Under the pieces are notes generated by a model that was given only the letters and a program-made list of their open reading frames with translations, did not search any database and was not told the origin of the DNA. A stretch of 64,000 bases of DNA from Piromyces finnis finn. Taxonomy: Eukaryota > Fungi > Neocallimastigomycota. The DNA lies in assembly GCA_002104945.1 (NCBI GenBank), contig MCFH01000079.1, positions 124,001-188,000 of the forward strand, given 5' to 3'. Shown in pieces: positions 38,080 through 53,800 of the stretch; positions within the stretch are counted from its first letter, which is position 1, and each line of letters begins with the position of its first letter. The position numbers and the translations under genes were made by a program.

Positions 38080-41000
38080 GATGAAATTCAATCTTTTTTT
38101 TTTTGAATATATATATAGTAAAAAGTAATATTTAAAAAAAAAAAAAAATTCTACCACATCCTTTTCCACAAATAATTAAAAAAAAAAGATGAAAAGAAAT
38201 CTTGAAATGAGAAAGATACACCAAAGTTTTATAAATCAAAACTTTTTTTTTTTTAATGATAATAATTAAATGAAAATAAGGAAAATTGAAAATTCAATAC
38301 TCACCTTTATAGTATTATTATCATAATCCATTATCAATTATATATCCTATTTATCATCACCTTTTTTTTAAAAAAAAAAAAGAGTATTTTTCTTTAATTT
38401 CAATACTGATCTTTTCACCCTCAAATTCACACATATATATATCATTAATAACAATAACAACAACAGCAACAGCAACAATAGCAACAACATTATATAAAAA
38501 AAATTATATTTAATAATAGTATATTTTATTTATTTTAGTTTTATAATAAATTTCTATTTCTTTTTTTATTTTATTATTATTATTTTCAATATTATTATTT
38601 ATATTACTCTCTCTATATATTTTGTATATAATCATCAAGTTATACAACCCTCCTTTTTTTTTTCTTTCTCTCTCTTAATTTAAATGATATATATATTTTT
38701 ATATATTTATATATATACCAATTTTTTTTTATATTATTTTTATTTTTTTATTTATTTAATTTTTATCACTTTTAACTGAAAAAAAAAAAAAAAAAACTTT
38801 TTTTTAATTTATATAAATAAAAAATATAAATATATATTTTCTATATATATCTATATAATAAATTCGATATACAAAAAAAAAATATATATATATATATATA
38901 TAATAAAAAAAAAAAGGTATATTTTCTCTATGGGAATATAAATATATTTTACTTTTTAAAAGTTGGTGTATATAGGTGGATGACATCAAAAAGTGTCGAG
39001 GTTCATTAGTTTAAAAAAAAAAATGAAGAACTTCTCTTTTTTTATTCTTATTGGCAATGAATTAAAATCATAAAAAGGAAGAACCTATCCAACCTTTCTA
39101 TGTTTTTTATGGAAAACTATTTTTTTTTTTTTTTTTTTTTGCTAATTTCTAAAGTTTAAAAAAAAAATTCCCAAAATTAAGCTATATCATTATCAATTCA
39201 TAGAAAAAAAGTTTTTTATTCTTTACTGAATTTTCCATATATATGCATAACTATCTAATTTTAAATAAGATTTTTATCTTCTTTCCATCTCAACTACTTA
39301 AACAACAACAATAATAATGATGATGATGATGAACTTATGAAATATTCCTTTTCATTATTTTAATAAAAGTTTACACTTTAAAAATTTAATGGTATTTTTT
39401 AATTTTTTTTTTTTAAATTAATATCTAAAAATTAAATATATTTATTATATATTTTTTAAATATTTTTTTAATTAAAAAAAAATAAATAATTATAATTAGT
39501 AATTTAATATAAGCTGGAAAAAAATAAAATCAAACTTTTTTTAATTTTTTTAGGAAAAAAAATGTTTTAATAGCATAATAATAATTATATTAAAAAAAAA
39601 AAAGCAATTAAAATAAAAAAAAAATAAATATTATTTTTATTATTTTATTTTAATATTAAATAGTTTAAAAAGAAACAATACTTAATTACATTATTATTTA
39701 TTAAATCAAATTCCTAAATATTATTATTATTAAATATTTTATTTTTTTTAATACAATACTAATTGATAATATTAAAAAAAATTTAAATCTTTTATTAGTG
39801 TTACATTTTAAATTTTATTAATCTTTTTTTTTTATATTAAATTATAAAAAAAAAAAAAAAGAAATAGATTTTTTTTGTTTGTTTTTCTCTATATTTTCCT
39901 TATTTTATTCCTTTTCTTTTTTTTTAATTATTTTAAAATGACAATTTTACAAAAAAAAAAAAAAAAAAAAATACTTAAAAATTTTATTTTTATTTTTACT
40001 CCTAAAAAAAATTCAAAAATGAATTTAATAAAAAAAAATTTTTTTTCTTTTTCTTTGTAAAAATTTGTTTGGTTCAATTTTTATATTAAATATTATTTTA
40101 ACTATTTTTATTATTAGTATTATTATCAATTATTATTATTTAAATAAAAAATAATAATTGAAGAATTGAATAATGAATAATAATAATAAAAGAATGTTGA
40201 CCAGTTTTTTTTTTTTTTTTTAATTTTAAAATTACATTTTATTATTTAAAATCAAAGTATTTTAAATAATAAAAATAGTCAACCTTTCAAAGTATTTCAT
40301 CCATATTCTATAAAGGTATCTTTTTTTTTTTAATCTTGATGTTCGTTTAATTATTTGTAAATGAGCTAGATGATCTAAATGAAGAATAAAAAAAAAAATT
40401 CAAGAATACATTATAATTCATAACCTATAGAAAATAAAGAATTATGTTTTTTTTTTAACTGTTAAAAAATAAAAAGATGCATTCATAATAATAATACATT
40501 TCTTTTTTATTCTTTATGATTTTAATGTATACTTTTTTTTTTGTAAAACTTTTAAAAAAATTAAGGAAATATATAAAAAAAAATGATAAAAGTAAAAATT
40601 CTAAACTATCTAAATAAAATAAAATTAAACTTGTTCAAGGTAACCACCTTCATTCCTTTAAAATTATTCTTGTTATAAAAAAACGGCTCATTCTTTTTAA
40701 TAAATTATTAAATTTCAATATTAATTAAAATTTAAATTATTTTTAAATTTAAAATGAAAGAAAAAAAAATTATATAAAAGTATGATGAATGGTTTAAAAA
40801 ATGTTTAAAAAATGCACACTCACACAAATAACAATATAAGAATATGGTAAAAAAAGAAAACTATTATTATTATTTGTTCAACTTTTTATTAAAAAAAAAA
40901 TATATATATCTATATATAAATAAAAAAAAAAAAGGTTCATTAATTTTAAAATTTTTAAAAATAGTGATACATTAAAGTTTTAATTATTTTTTTTTTTTAC

Positions 41001-41240
41001 TATAGCATATACCATAAAAAATTTAAATAAAAAAAAAACTTTTAATTATCATGTCTTTTAATTAAAATAATAATAAAAAAAAAAGTTTTCTGTCTTTTAT
41101 TTTAAATAAATAAATAGTTTATTACTTTTTATTATTCAATTTTTTTTTTTAATGATTCATTTTTATTTACAAAAAATAAAAAAAAAATTAAATTAAAAGA
41201 TTTTAATTTAACTGATAAATATCTTTTTTTTATTATTTAC

Positions 41241-41360
<120 letters not shown>

Positions 41361-43630
41361 ATGATCATTTTAAAATAAAATAAAATAAAAAAATGTTTGA
41401 ATTTTAATAATTAAAAAAAAATGTTGACCTTTTTTATAGAGTCCAAGGGTTGATGCTACAAAATGAACATTTCAATTTAAATTTAATTAAATTGGCTATT
41501 TATATTATGAAATTAAAGGAATGACAGCATCACCTATACATTACATTAGAAGTATATTAATTGTCTTTTAAAAGTTTATTTCAATATTTTTTTAATGCAA
41601 ATACAAATCATTAAATTAATAATTAGAACTTTATTAGTAAAGTGGAGTTCTTTTTTCTTCATTATCATGACATGTCTTTAGAGTAAAAAAAAAAAAAAGG
41701 AAAATTTAAAATTTTTTATTACCATATCAAGACTTTTTTTTTTTTTCCCTAAAGAAAAGTATAAAATAAATAAACTAAAAAAGGAATTAATTTTTAAAAG
41801 ATATAAAATAAAAATTAATAAAATTACTAATTCATTTATACTTTTAAAATAGGTATAATAGAAATATATATGTATATATGTATATATTTATATATAAGCA
41901 ATTTTTATTATTTCTATTCATTTTATTCGTTTATTCTAGTTGTTGTTGTTGCTGTTGTTGTTCTAGTTGTTGATTTATTATTGCTGGGTATCACCTCAAT
42001 TTTACTTTGTCATTCTTTATGTTTTTTTATCATTATTTTTTGTATTAATTCTTAATTTCAGCCAAATGGGTTTTTAATTAAAATTTTAATTATTTTTTTA
42101 TATACAATTTTACCAATATATTCTAGTATTCATTATTAATTAATTATTGCACTGTACAAAGTTTATTGTTGATTTTTTTTTTTAATGTGTTATGGCATAA
42201 GAAAAGTATTCAAAAATGATAATACTACCATTTAATTAATTAATAATAAATAAATAATAGTAATTATCATTACTCTAATCCCAAGTATAAATACAAAATG
42301 GGAATGATTCATGAATTGAAAATTTATTAAATCAATATATTCTAACCCTTATGCAGTATTACCTAAAACTATATAAAAATTCATGCTTAATCGTCGTAGC
42401 AGACAGTAGTCACTAGTAATCCTAATAATCATAAGCATAATAATAGCATAGTAGTATTGCTATAATTTTTATTATACTTATTGTTTATTATAAATCAATC
42501 AATCTTTATCCAAAAACATACTTAACACTTTTAACTGTAAAAAAGGTTTCAATGCTGTCTATATCTCAACAACAATAACAATAAAAAAATGGTTGATTTG
42601 CTTTCTACTTTGGTAAATGTAAATTTCTATTTTGTAAAAGCATTTTTTTTTCTTCTTTCTTTTCCATCCTTCTCTTTTCTTTCTTTTAAAAATTTGCTTT
42701 TTTTCGCAAAGTCAAACTTCATTATACTCTAATATATTTGCACCATAAATTATATCAATTTATTTAATTTATTTTCAATTCTATATCATATGATCTATTC
42801 TAATTTTTAACTTTTCACTTTTTTAATTATATTAATTTTTCTATACATTTAAATTAATCTAATTTAATTTATATATTTATTCCATTCTATTATTAATATA
42901 TGAATAATATATGGGATTTTTTTAGTTAAAAATTTCTCTTTCTGGTAGAGTCACCACCTGCAGTAACAAAAGGGTAGTAACAACATAGCAACAACAGATG
43001 AAATAAAAGGGAATATTATAATATTATGATCGTATCATAATTTAAATTTTGCTAATAAAACTTTTAATTGTCAATTATTTTTATGCTCTAAAGTTTTGTT
43101 ATTTTTTTTATTTTAGTGTATCATCAATTTTAAAGGATTAGATTACTTTTTCTTTTAAAAAAAGAATGTTAAAAAATTGAACCAACCAATTTTTTTTTAA
43201 AAAAAAATTTCTTTTTGTAACAGTAACAATACCAACACTTTTTTTGATTTTCTTTAAACAATACCAACATAATTAACACAATTTTAAAACATTTTTTTTC
43301 TTTATTTCATTTTCATTCCTCTTTTCATTTCATTTCTTTTTTATATTTCAATGTTTTTTCTTTTCTTTAGTTCTTTTATTGCCTTTTTTTTTTTTTTTTT
43401 TATTTAAATCAAGCTTTCTTTCGGCTTCATCCTTAAATCCTTTCTTTTGCTTTAATTTCAACCATTAAACTATTAATCTAACCCTTTCTAATTAAATATT
43501 AAATATATTCCATTATACTCTAATCTATAGAAAAATGTATGGTGGTACAAAAAGTTTTAATTAAATTAGGATGATACAGTTCATTACCAAATTTAGTAAA
43601 AATTAATGAATGGAGAGGAATTTATTAAAA

Positions 43631-43752
43631 TAAATGAATGAATTAATAATAAAATTAATAAATTTATAGTATAAATAAATGTAGAACTAACTAAATGAAT
43701 GAATTAATAATAAAATTAATAAATTTATAGTATAAATAAATGTAGAACTAAA
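43631..43752. repeat. 61-bp tandem duplication
   Basis: TAAATGAATGAATTAATAATAAAATTAATAAATTTATAGTATAAATAAATGTAGAACTAA occurs twice. Confidence 0.9.
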
Positions 43753-46216
43753 TAAATGAATTACTAGTAATATAAATAAATATTATATAAAAAAAAATAA
43801 AAGTATTGACTACTATGCCTAATAGAAAGAAAAAATAAAAAAAAAAAAAAAGAAAATTTAGTTTAATTCTTAATATTAATTTCTCTTTTTATTTTATATT
43901 CAAGATGCTACACTATTAAACCAAAACTACTGCCACTTTTTTTTTATACTTTTTCATCATACCTTTTTTTTACACTCAAAGCAAAGCTATTATTTTATAT
44001 ATATTAGAGTGTATTGTATTTCAATTGATTTCATTTAATTCTTATATATGAATCATTTTTACAGAAAATTAAACATTTTTTTATGGTAACTTTTTTTTAA
44101 TCCATCAGCCTTTGATTATATTTTAATAAAAGGTCATTTAAATAGTTTTATTTAATTATTCATATATTAAACTTCATCCACAATTTAATTTAATATATGT
44201 CTTAAACCCAATATAATTTTTAGAAAGAAAAAGAGGCCTTTACACACACACACAAAAAAAAAAAAAAGTGCAAGCAAAGAAACTATTCATTATTAAAAGT
44301 AATCCTTTATGGCCTGCTTCATTTCAAATATCTTTTCTTTCTTTCTACCTAGCTGTCTTTTTTTATAAAAGAAGAGTGAATTAAAAATAAAATAAAATTT
44401 CTTTTTTAGCTCATTTTCTTTTTTTTAATTATGGAATAATGATTCATACCTAAAGAAAAATTAAAAATATTAAATTAATAAAAAAGAAATGCTTTCATTT
44501 TATTAATAATAAATAGTTATTTTTTATTATTGCGGTTCATACTGTTTATTTAAAAGTGATTGTTAATACCACAATTACAATTAGGTTTAGGATGAATATC
44601 AAGAATAATCTAATTTGACTCATGGATATAAAGATTTTAATCTAACAAAACTAAATAAAGAAATAGATAGGCAATTTACATCAAATCTTCATACACCAAC
44701 TAACTAAATAAGAAATTATTGTGTAAAATGATAAAGCGCTAAAAACCCTTTATCCTTTCTAATTTATATTCATTCTAGTAGGATTTTCCTTAAAACTTTA
44801 CGGCAATCTGGTTAGAAAAAGAGGCCATCATTTTTGCAACTTTGAAAGAAAACATCTTATAATGATCTATTAAAATAACAAATATAATAAAAATATATTA
44901 AAATATATAAATAAATATTATTTTATCATATATTAAACTAAATAATTATAAATAAATATTAAATATATTACATAATATATTACATATTACAATGTAATAA
45001 ATACTATTTTATTATATATATTAAATATTAGATATTTATATTATTAAATGTAAATAATAAATTATTAATTTAATACATACTATTTATTTATTGTTTTATT
45101 TATTTATTCATTCATATACTGTATAATCATTTATTTATTTATATTTCATATATCCACTTAATATTTATATAGGTTCAATAGTTCAATAGTTAAATTCAGG
45201 TTTATTCAAAGGATTACATTGCGGCTAATGTTGATAATCATTAAGAAGGGAATAGATACTATTCATTATCCTTAATAGATCCACCCTAAATTTAAATTAT
45301 ATACTAGTATAATGTTGATATATTTTTTTTTCTAATTATTATTTTTTCCTTTATTCACTCCCTTCATCTCCTTCAACCTTTCTTATGATTTTGGCATCAT
45401 AAATAAAATAGAAAATTAGATGATTCTATTTTTTCATTTATTTAGGAGAATTTTGATGATTTATTTTTTAATATTTGATTATATTGTAATATATTGTAAT
45501 ATATATTATTTTCAACATTTTAATTTAAATATATTGTATTTTAATTTATTGTTTACCTTTTTTTTTATTTGCTTCCACATATTTTTTTACTAGTAAAAAA
45601 AAGTCATTTTAAAAAAAAAGAGAAACCTTTGTCGTGCATCTTTTTATTAATAATAAAAATAATACTAAGAATAACAATAACAATAACAATAACAATAACA
45701 AGATTCGTATACTTTATTTCTTTTATTTTTTATTGTTAATATTCAACTATTTATTTATCATTCAACTAGAAATAAATAGTCAACTTAGATTTATCTATCT
45801 TTGTACTATTACTTTTATTGTTTAATAACATAAATTAAATTCGAAAAGGGTAGAATGACATTTTTTAAACTAAATTCTTCCCAGGTTTAATTTATTTATT
45901 TTATTAAAAAAAAAAAAAAAAAGGAATTGAAATGAATGTCATGTTAAAAATGAAATAATAACAAAAAAGTTTATTTAGAATATGTAAATCATGACTGGGG
46001 ATTAATAATATTAATGCAATAATTGCTATTACAATTAATAATGTAATAATGATTATTAGTAATCCATCTTTGAAATAAATATCAAAAATATTTTTAAACA
46101 TCAGAAACTCTAATTTTATTCAAAAAATTTCTTTTTTAATTATTATGATCAATCATAAGAACAAAAGGAATCAAGTGTTGTATAAGCTTTACCAAGTATA
46201 AAAACATTATAAAAGT

Positions 46217-46232
46217 AATAATAATAATTAGA

Positions 46233-46293
<61 letters not shown>

Positions 46294-46405
46294 CAACACT
46301 ATCTTATATAATAATAATAATAATAATAATAATTAGAGTAATAATAATAATAATAATAATAATGATAAAAACACTATCTTATATAATAATAATAATAATA
46401 ATAAA
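46217..46405. repeat. (AAT)n microsatellite interrupted by duplicated AATTAGAGT and AACACTATCTTATAT blocks
   Basis: Direct reading; two higher-order units. Confidence 0.85.
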
Positions 46406-47685
46406 ACTATGGATAACGAATAAAATCTTTATGGGCTATTTTTAGAATGTAAAATTAAATCTGTTTTTTTTTTTGGTTAAACTATACCAATAAAAAAAAA
46501 GATCTATTATCTATTGTTAATACGGAAAATAAAAATGACAACTTTTAATTAAGGATTTAATGAAATTTGTTTTATTTTTTTTTTGTTTATTTTTTCATTA
46601 TTATTTCTTTTTTTTTTTTTTCATTTTTCATTTTTCATTTTTCTATTGTTCAAAAGGAAAACAAATTTTAATAAAAAGTAATAATAATAAGGATAAAGGA
46701 TTCTTTAAAAAGAAAGAACGGCATTTTTTGATTTTATCAATACTTTTTACATTTAATTAATGTTGAAACGTTCCCTTTTTTATTATATGTCTTTGTCTTT
46801 TTTTTTTTTAAATAAATAACAACAACTATTATCCTTTTAATAGTTGAAAGGATAATAGACCACTGTTGATATTTCATACTTTTTTACACCCTCACCACAC
46901 TTTCACTACACCCTTGCACTTTTCCAGCCAGATTCTAATAAAAATAAAAAAAAAGTGGTATGTAAAATTTTTACTGGTTATCAAATAATTCTTTTTTTTA
47001 TAATTTTTAATTTTATCCAAACTTTTAAAAAATGGAAGCAATTAATATTAAATTAATTTTCAATTTATTTTATTATAAGATGACATAAATTAAATAAATT
47101 AAACAATGGATACAAAATATATTTAATAATATATTTGAATAGTATATAAATACTATTTAATAATATATCATATTATAGAATGAAGAAAGAGAAAATGAGT
47201 TTGATTAAATTTTTTTTATTATTTTCTTTTTATAGTAAAAAAAGTTTATTAATAATAAATTAAATTTTAATTTATATTATTAAATAAAGTTTATTTATCT
47301 GGATTGTTTTAATTAATGATATAAAAATCTAATTATTATCCAGCGGTTTGTACATTTTCAATAGAGAATCATTCCATATTTAGAAATTTTAATTTCCAAA
47401 ACTTTCAATATAATTAATTTTAAAGTTTATATTCTTTTTTTTTTAAAAATTTATCTATTAAGATTATTAATTTTTCTATATATTAAATTATATTTCAATA
47501 TATATCACATTTTATTAAATAAATTCATTTATTTATGAATTTTATTCATAATATAATTTGAATGTAATTTGAATATATGGTATATTTATTAAATTTTCAA
47601 AATTTAATTTATTTTTAATAATTAGTGCGTTTCTATTCTACTATAAATTAATTATTTCTTCAAAATTGCTGATAAAAAAAAGTGA

Positions 47686-47738
47686 GCCTAGCCTAGCATA
47701 GCCTAGCCTAGACTATCTCTATCCTAGACCTAGACCTA
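47686..47738. repeat. Degenerate (G/A)CCTA(G) pentamer/hexamer repeat
   Basis: GCCTAGCCTAGCATAGCCTAGCCTAGACTA...CCTAGACCTAGACCTA forms a local GC island. Confidence 0.7.
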
Positions 47739-49536
47739 TCTTTGGTCCTACTTTTTAAAATAATACCATCCTTTTATTTTAAAAAAACTATTTAAAATAT
47801 TAGTACTACCAGCTGGTGATAACAACTACTTTAATACTATTCATCAAAAGATTTACAAACGTGTTTTTCTAGATTAGTGTAAATCCTTTTTTTCTATTAA
47901 TTTTTGTTTATTTTTTTTTATAAAATATACAAATAATCCATATATTAGAATAAATATACAATGTATTCTAATGTATAATAATATATCAATATTTATATTG
48001 CTTATTTATTTTTTTATATTAAAAATTTTTATTCCTTTTTTTTTTTTTATCATCATTATTAGTATTTTTTAATTTATGATTAATCATTTCATCATCATGA
48101 TAATTTTAATAAAATCAATTAAAAAAAAAACAACAAAAAAAAAATTTACCTTTTTTTATTATTTAATTAAAAATCAAAATTTTTATTTCCAGCAAACTAT
48201 AAAAAGATCAAAAAAGTTTACCAAAAAAAAAATTAAAATCTTTTTAAAAAAAAATCCTTTTTTTTTTTTTTTTTTTGGTATAAAAAACAAATTTTTTTTT
48301 TTTTAAAAATAATATTATTGTGTATTTTATTTGTACATAAAGAAAAAGGTACACTACCACTTACGCCAAAAAAAGTTTAAAAAATATTAAGGAAAATAAC
48401 GCCAATCTATTTTTTTTATCTTTTTCTGATATAGCTATTACTTTTTTTTTTTTACACAAAAGTAAAATATATAAAAAAGTAGTATTAATATCTATAATTT
48501 TTTTTTTGATAAAAAAAAAAAGATAAAAAAAAAAAAAGTTATTTTAAACAGCGTTCATTAATATATATATAAAATTGTTTTTTTTTTTATTTTTATCAGT
48601 CTTTCATTTTTTTTTAAAAAAAAAGAAAAGCAAAACTATTAATAAGACAAAAAACAATTTTTTAATAATATTATATTGAACCCTTTTTTTTTTCAAAACA
48701 GAAAAATATATAATAGTTAAAAGATAAATTTGTTTTTTTTAAATAAAAGAAAAAAATAGAATTTAAATTGATTTTAAATATCTATTTTTTTTAACAAATC
48801 ATTTTAAAAAGTTTTTAAGAGAAAAAGAAGTAAAATTGTGTTTTTTTTTTAATTTATGAATAATTCATAAAAGAAAAAAAAAACGAAAATAATCAACAAT
48901 TTAATATACATACGAGACACACTATTAATAATAAACTAGCTTTATTATTCAAGTATTTTAAACACCCTATAAGAAAAAAAAAAATTTTTTTTCAATTACT
49001 ATTCTGTGGTTTAAATTTTTCTTTATTTGACAAAAAAAGAAAAAGAGAAAAAAAAAACAATAATAAAAAAAATTTATGTCTTTAGTTAAAACTAAATAGT
49101 ATTTTTTTTTCAAACAAATTTTTTTTTTCAATTTTTTTTTAAAAGTTTTTTTATATCTTTTTTTTTTAAAGACTACGAAACGTACCTAAAAAAAAAGAGA
49201 AAAAAAATTTTAAAAGTATGGAAAAAAATTTTTTTCATTTTAAAAGAATATAATAATACAAGGATAAACAAGTGAAAAACAACAACAACTATATATATAA
49301 AGAAATTATTTATCAGAATTGTAGCAATAATTGAAGAAAATTATTTACTACCAAAAAAAAAAAAATTAACAAAATCAACAATATCGGAAACTTTTTTATA
49401 ATTAACATTAAATCATATTACACCAATTATAATATATTGCACCAGTTATACTATATCACTCCGGTTATAATAATCCCTTTTTTTTAGTATTAAAAGCAAA
49501 ATTAATTTTTTAAAAAAAAAAACATTATCAGAAGAA

Positions 49537-50802
49537 ATGAATTCAAATCAAAAAAGACGCTCTTTAACTTTTGCTGAAAAGTTTGAAGTAAAATTCTTTT
49601 TTAAAGCAGAAGCTCCAAGAGAAGTTGCTTTTTCTGAAACAAGCTTTACTACAGGTAGTGAAAGCTATTATGATGATGATGAATATTGGGATTTAGAAGA
49701 TTCTTACGATGAAGAAGAAGATTATTATGATAAACATCAAGATGAGGATGATTACTATACCTATCATGGTTATCAAGATTATGAAACAAATACTTATGAT
49801 GATGATGACTATTATTATTATGATGATAACTATGGATACTACAATAATAATAATAATAATGTCAATTTTTCTATTCGTTATGAAATGGATCGTTTAAATC
49901 ATCATTATCAAGATTATGAAGATAGATATGAAGAAGAAATTAGAGGTCGTAGTTACAGAGAACTTTTTAGTGGATTCAAAAAAGAAGAAGTTAGTGAGGA
50001 AAAGGCAAGTGAAAAGTCAACCACTAGAAGATTAGCTTTAGCTAAATTGGAAAAAGGTCTTTTTCGTCGTCAACAACTTCGTGATTCAGAAAGCTTTAGT
50101 GAAACAGAAGAATCAGAAGCTTCTAATTCTAATTCTGAATCTGATCCATTTGATGAACCATTATCCCTTACTTCAAATAAAGATTTTATAAAGGATCTTA
50201 AACGTGCTAATTCTCCAGTAACTATTAAAGCAACATTTACTAGGGAAATTCCTATTTCTATTCCATTGACCAATTCAAGTAGTTACAAGGTTAAAGGTCA
50301 TGAAATTTCCCAAAGCTTTGATACCTTTAATAAACGTTTACCTTTTTCAACAGATATTAATGATCGATTCAAACCTTCTTCTCTTTCAATTTTAGATGCA
50401 GATGAAAATCCATTTTCTGCTTTGGATGATACACTTTTGTCTTGTACACCATTAACCCTTCTTAATAAGACTCCTTTAGTCGTCAATTTATCTTCCACCA
50501 CCAAAGAACCTGTAAAGGATTTATTAAAATCATCATCAACATCCTCGTCAAATAAAACTAAATCATTTGATGTAAAATATATTCCTTCGCTTAATTCGAA
50601 TGATTTAGTGAAAACAATTTCAAGTAAAAGTCTTTTGTCAAATCATCATAAAACAACTCAAGATACTACTTCTATTACAAATATCTTGAGTAATTTACAC
50701 AATAATACAAATAGTAAGGGTGCTAGTCATAAGGGAATGAAGAAAAGAGCGAGATCTTATTCTTCTCCTTCATCCTTACAACAATTATTACCATGCTATT
50801 AA
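49537..50802 (+). CDS. Intronless 421-aa disordered protein: basic N-terminal motif, D/Y-rich acidic tract, S-rich tail
   Basis: Long ATG-initiated ORF with coding-like GC in otherwise AT-saturated DNA; no catalytic domain recognised. Confidence 0.75.
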   Translation: MNSNQKRRSLTFAEKFEVKFFFKAEAPREVAFSETSFTTGSESYYDDDEYWDLEDSYDEEEDYYDKHQDEDDYYTYHGYQDYETNTYDDDDYYYYDDNYGYYNNNNNNVNFSIRYEMDRLNHHYQDYEDRYEEEIRGRSYRELFSGFKKEEVSEEKASEKSTTRRLALAKLEKGLFRRQQLRDSESFSETEESEASNSNSESDPFDEPLSLTSNKDFIKDLKRANSPVTIKATFTREIPISIPLTNSSSYKVKGHEISQSFDTFNKRLPFSTDINDRFKPSSLSILDADENPFSALDDTLLSCTPLTLLNKTPLVVNLSSTTKEPVKDLLKSSSTSSSNKTKSFDVKYIPSLNSNDLVKTISSKSLLSNHHKTTQDTTSITNILSNLHNNTNSKGASHKGMKKRARSYSSPSSLQQLLPCY

Positions 50803-53800
50803 TCTATTTTTATTTACTTCCACATCGACGATAGTAGCTTTTTTTTTTTTTTAAAAAAAAAGCAAGCGCACGAAAATTTTCATTAGAATTTGAAAAAAGT
50901 TTATATTTTTATAAAAAATATTTTTATTTTTTTCATCCTTTTTTTATTTTCTTTTTTTGTAAATATTTATTTGTTTAAAAAGAAAAAGAAATAGTTAAAC
51001 GATAGAAAAACAAGCAAACAAAAAGCAAGTCTTTAAAAAAAAGTAATTGAATTCGATACGTTAAAGAGTTTGATATTCTTTATTAGAATTCAATAGTAGA
51101 TATCAATTTTTATTTTATTTTTAGTAACATTCAACCCCATTTGTATATATATATACTAATATTAATAATTATTCTAATAAATCCTATTAACAACAAAAAA
51201 AAATCATAAAGATAATTTTATTTTTTTTTTTTTAAAATGAATTTTATCCACACTAGATGATTTTTTTTTATAACGCTACATCAATATACATATACATGTA
51301 TATAGTATTCATTGGAATGAGGAAAAAAAAAAAAAAGCGTAGACGAAAAACATTATCAACTATATTCATTAATCTAAAAATAAATAATGAAAAAAAAAAA
51401 AGAAAGACCAAAAAATCAAAAAAATAATGAAAAAGAAATAAAAATTGAATGGAAATTTTTTTAAAAGAAAAAATGTTAAGCTTAAGGAACCCCCAAAAAG
51501 GATATCAATTAATAATATAAAATTGGATGAAATTTTGGAAAAGAACGAAAACATCAAAATTCTGGAAATTTTAATGGATAAAAATTAAGTTTTGGGGAGT
51601 AAAATGGTATCGAAGAAGAAGAACATTACAATCATTTAAGTAAAATGTTTTTTTTTTTTTTTTTTATAAAATTTCTAATTACAATTCAACATAAATTTTA
51701 TTATATATAAAAAAAAAAAATATTAAAATTTTAGAAATAAATGTAGGAGTATTATAACTATAAAAATTGAAGTATCATAAAAAAGAAAAGTGCATCACTT
51801 TTAAAAAGATAATTCATTTTTATTTTATATACTAATTTATTTTTAAATATTATTATTATTTTTTTTTTTTTTTTAATTTTCATTGATTTTTATAATTATT
51901 TTTCTTTCTTTTTTTTTATCTTTTTGAAAACAATCAAAAGGATAAAATACTTTTTTTTTTTATTACTTTATCTCTGGTAGAATTAAGTATTCAATAGCCA
52001 TTAGCCATTTATTTTATTTTATTTTATTTTTTTTTTATTTTATTAAAAAAAATTCAAATATTTTTTAATTATTTAGCATTATAAAACTATTTTTCTTTTA
52101 TATTTTTATTCATATTATAGTAAATAGACCATACATATATATATATATTTATTTAAATTATTAATAATAAAACAAATTATTTTTATCAAAGAAATTAATA
52201 ATAAAAAAGCAAACAAATTTTAAAGGTAAAAAGAAAAAAAAAAAAAAAAAAAAGCAGAAGAAAAAGGAAAAGAGGAAAAGAAAAAAAGAGTTAAAATCTT
52301 AATTCTATTTTCCCCTTTTTCTTCCAATTTTTATTTTTAATTTTAGTATAGTTGAAGAATTTCTCAAAGAAATGTAGAATAAGAAATTAATATTTAGTTT
52401 TTTTTTTTATAAAAAAAAAAGAAAACACCAAAAGTCAAGAAAGATCATCAGAGTATATGAAAAACTAAAACAAAAGCAACCTATTTAGATTAAAAAATGA
52501 AATAAGAATTGTAAAAATAGAAACCCTAATATCAATAACAATGAAAAAAAAAAAAAAAAAAAACAAACCCTTTTCATCCAATGAAAAAAAAAAAACAAAC
52601 AAATAAAAATAAAGATTGGATTTTTACACCTAGAAGAAAGAAAGAAAAAAAAAATATAAAAAATATATGAAAGATTTTAAAAAATATATATTTTTTTTTG
52701 TTTTAAAAGAATAAATATAAAAAATATCAAATAAAAATATATATATAAAACGAAAAAGAAGAAAGAACCAAAACCCCAAACCTATATAAGAGAAACAAAC
52801 AAACAAAACAAACAAACAAACAAACAAAAAAAGAAACACAATGAAAACAAATAACCAAAGAAAGAAAAAAAAAATTGACTATATTCATTTAGTATTATTT
52901 CATTTTATTATTATTAGTGATAGTATTGATTATTTTTAATAGAAACCTTGATGATACCTAGAAAAAAAAAAAAAACATATTGAAAGAGAAACAAACAAGC
53001 AAAAAAAATGTGGAATCATAGTAGTGAAAAAAAAAAAAAAAACAATATAAAATGGATAAAATGGAGAATAATAATATTTTGGAGAATAATAAATATTAGT
53101 ATGAAAGAAAAAAAAAAAAAAAGAAATTAAATTTAACCCCAATTATATATATATTTTTTTTCTTTCATAATTAATTGTTTATTTGTGGAAAGTGGAAAGT
53201 GGAAAGAAAGGAAAAACTCTGGAAAAATTGGAAAATGTTGGAAAAAGTTAGAGAATGGGTGAATTAATGATAGTTTAGAGGAATGAAATATTAAAATTGA
53301 GGAAAAAGTTTGAAAAGTATTAGAATGATGATAATAATAAAAATATTGGAAATAAACGAGTGGAAAAAAAAAAAGAGAGGAAGAGGAATGTTTTTTTATA
53401 AAAAGAAAAATTAAAAAAAAAAAAAAAAAGTAGAAGGATAATGATAATGGGAATATTCTTTTTTTTTTTTTTTTTTAAATAATAATAATGAATGAAAATT
53501 AAAAAAAAAAAAAAAAAAGATGGGTAAAAATAAATTTAAATCAATATTAAAAAAGAAAGAAAAAAATTCTTACATAAAATTAAAGATTTTAATAGGTAAG
53601 AAGGAAAAAACTTTCTTTTACTACCTATTTATTTTCCTATATTTTTTTTTTTTTTTTTTTTTTTTTTATTTATTTATTATTATTATACGTTTTTTTTTAT
53701 TTTTTCTTTTTTCATCATTATTATTTGAAAAATAATTTTTTAATATAGAATAAAACAAAAAGAAGAAAAAAGCAAATGGGAAAAAAAAAGTTGGATTGAT

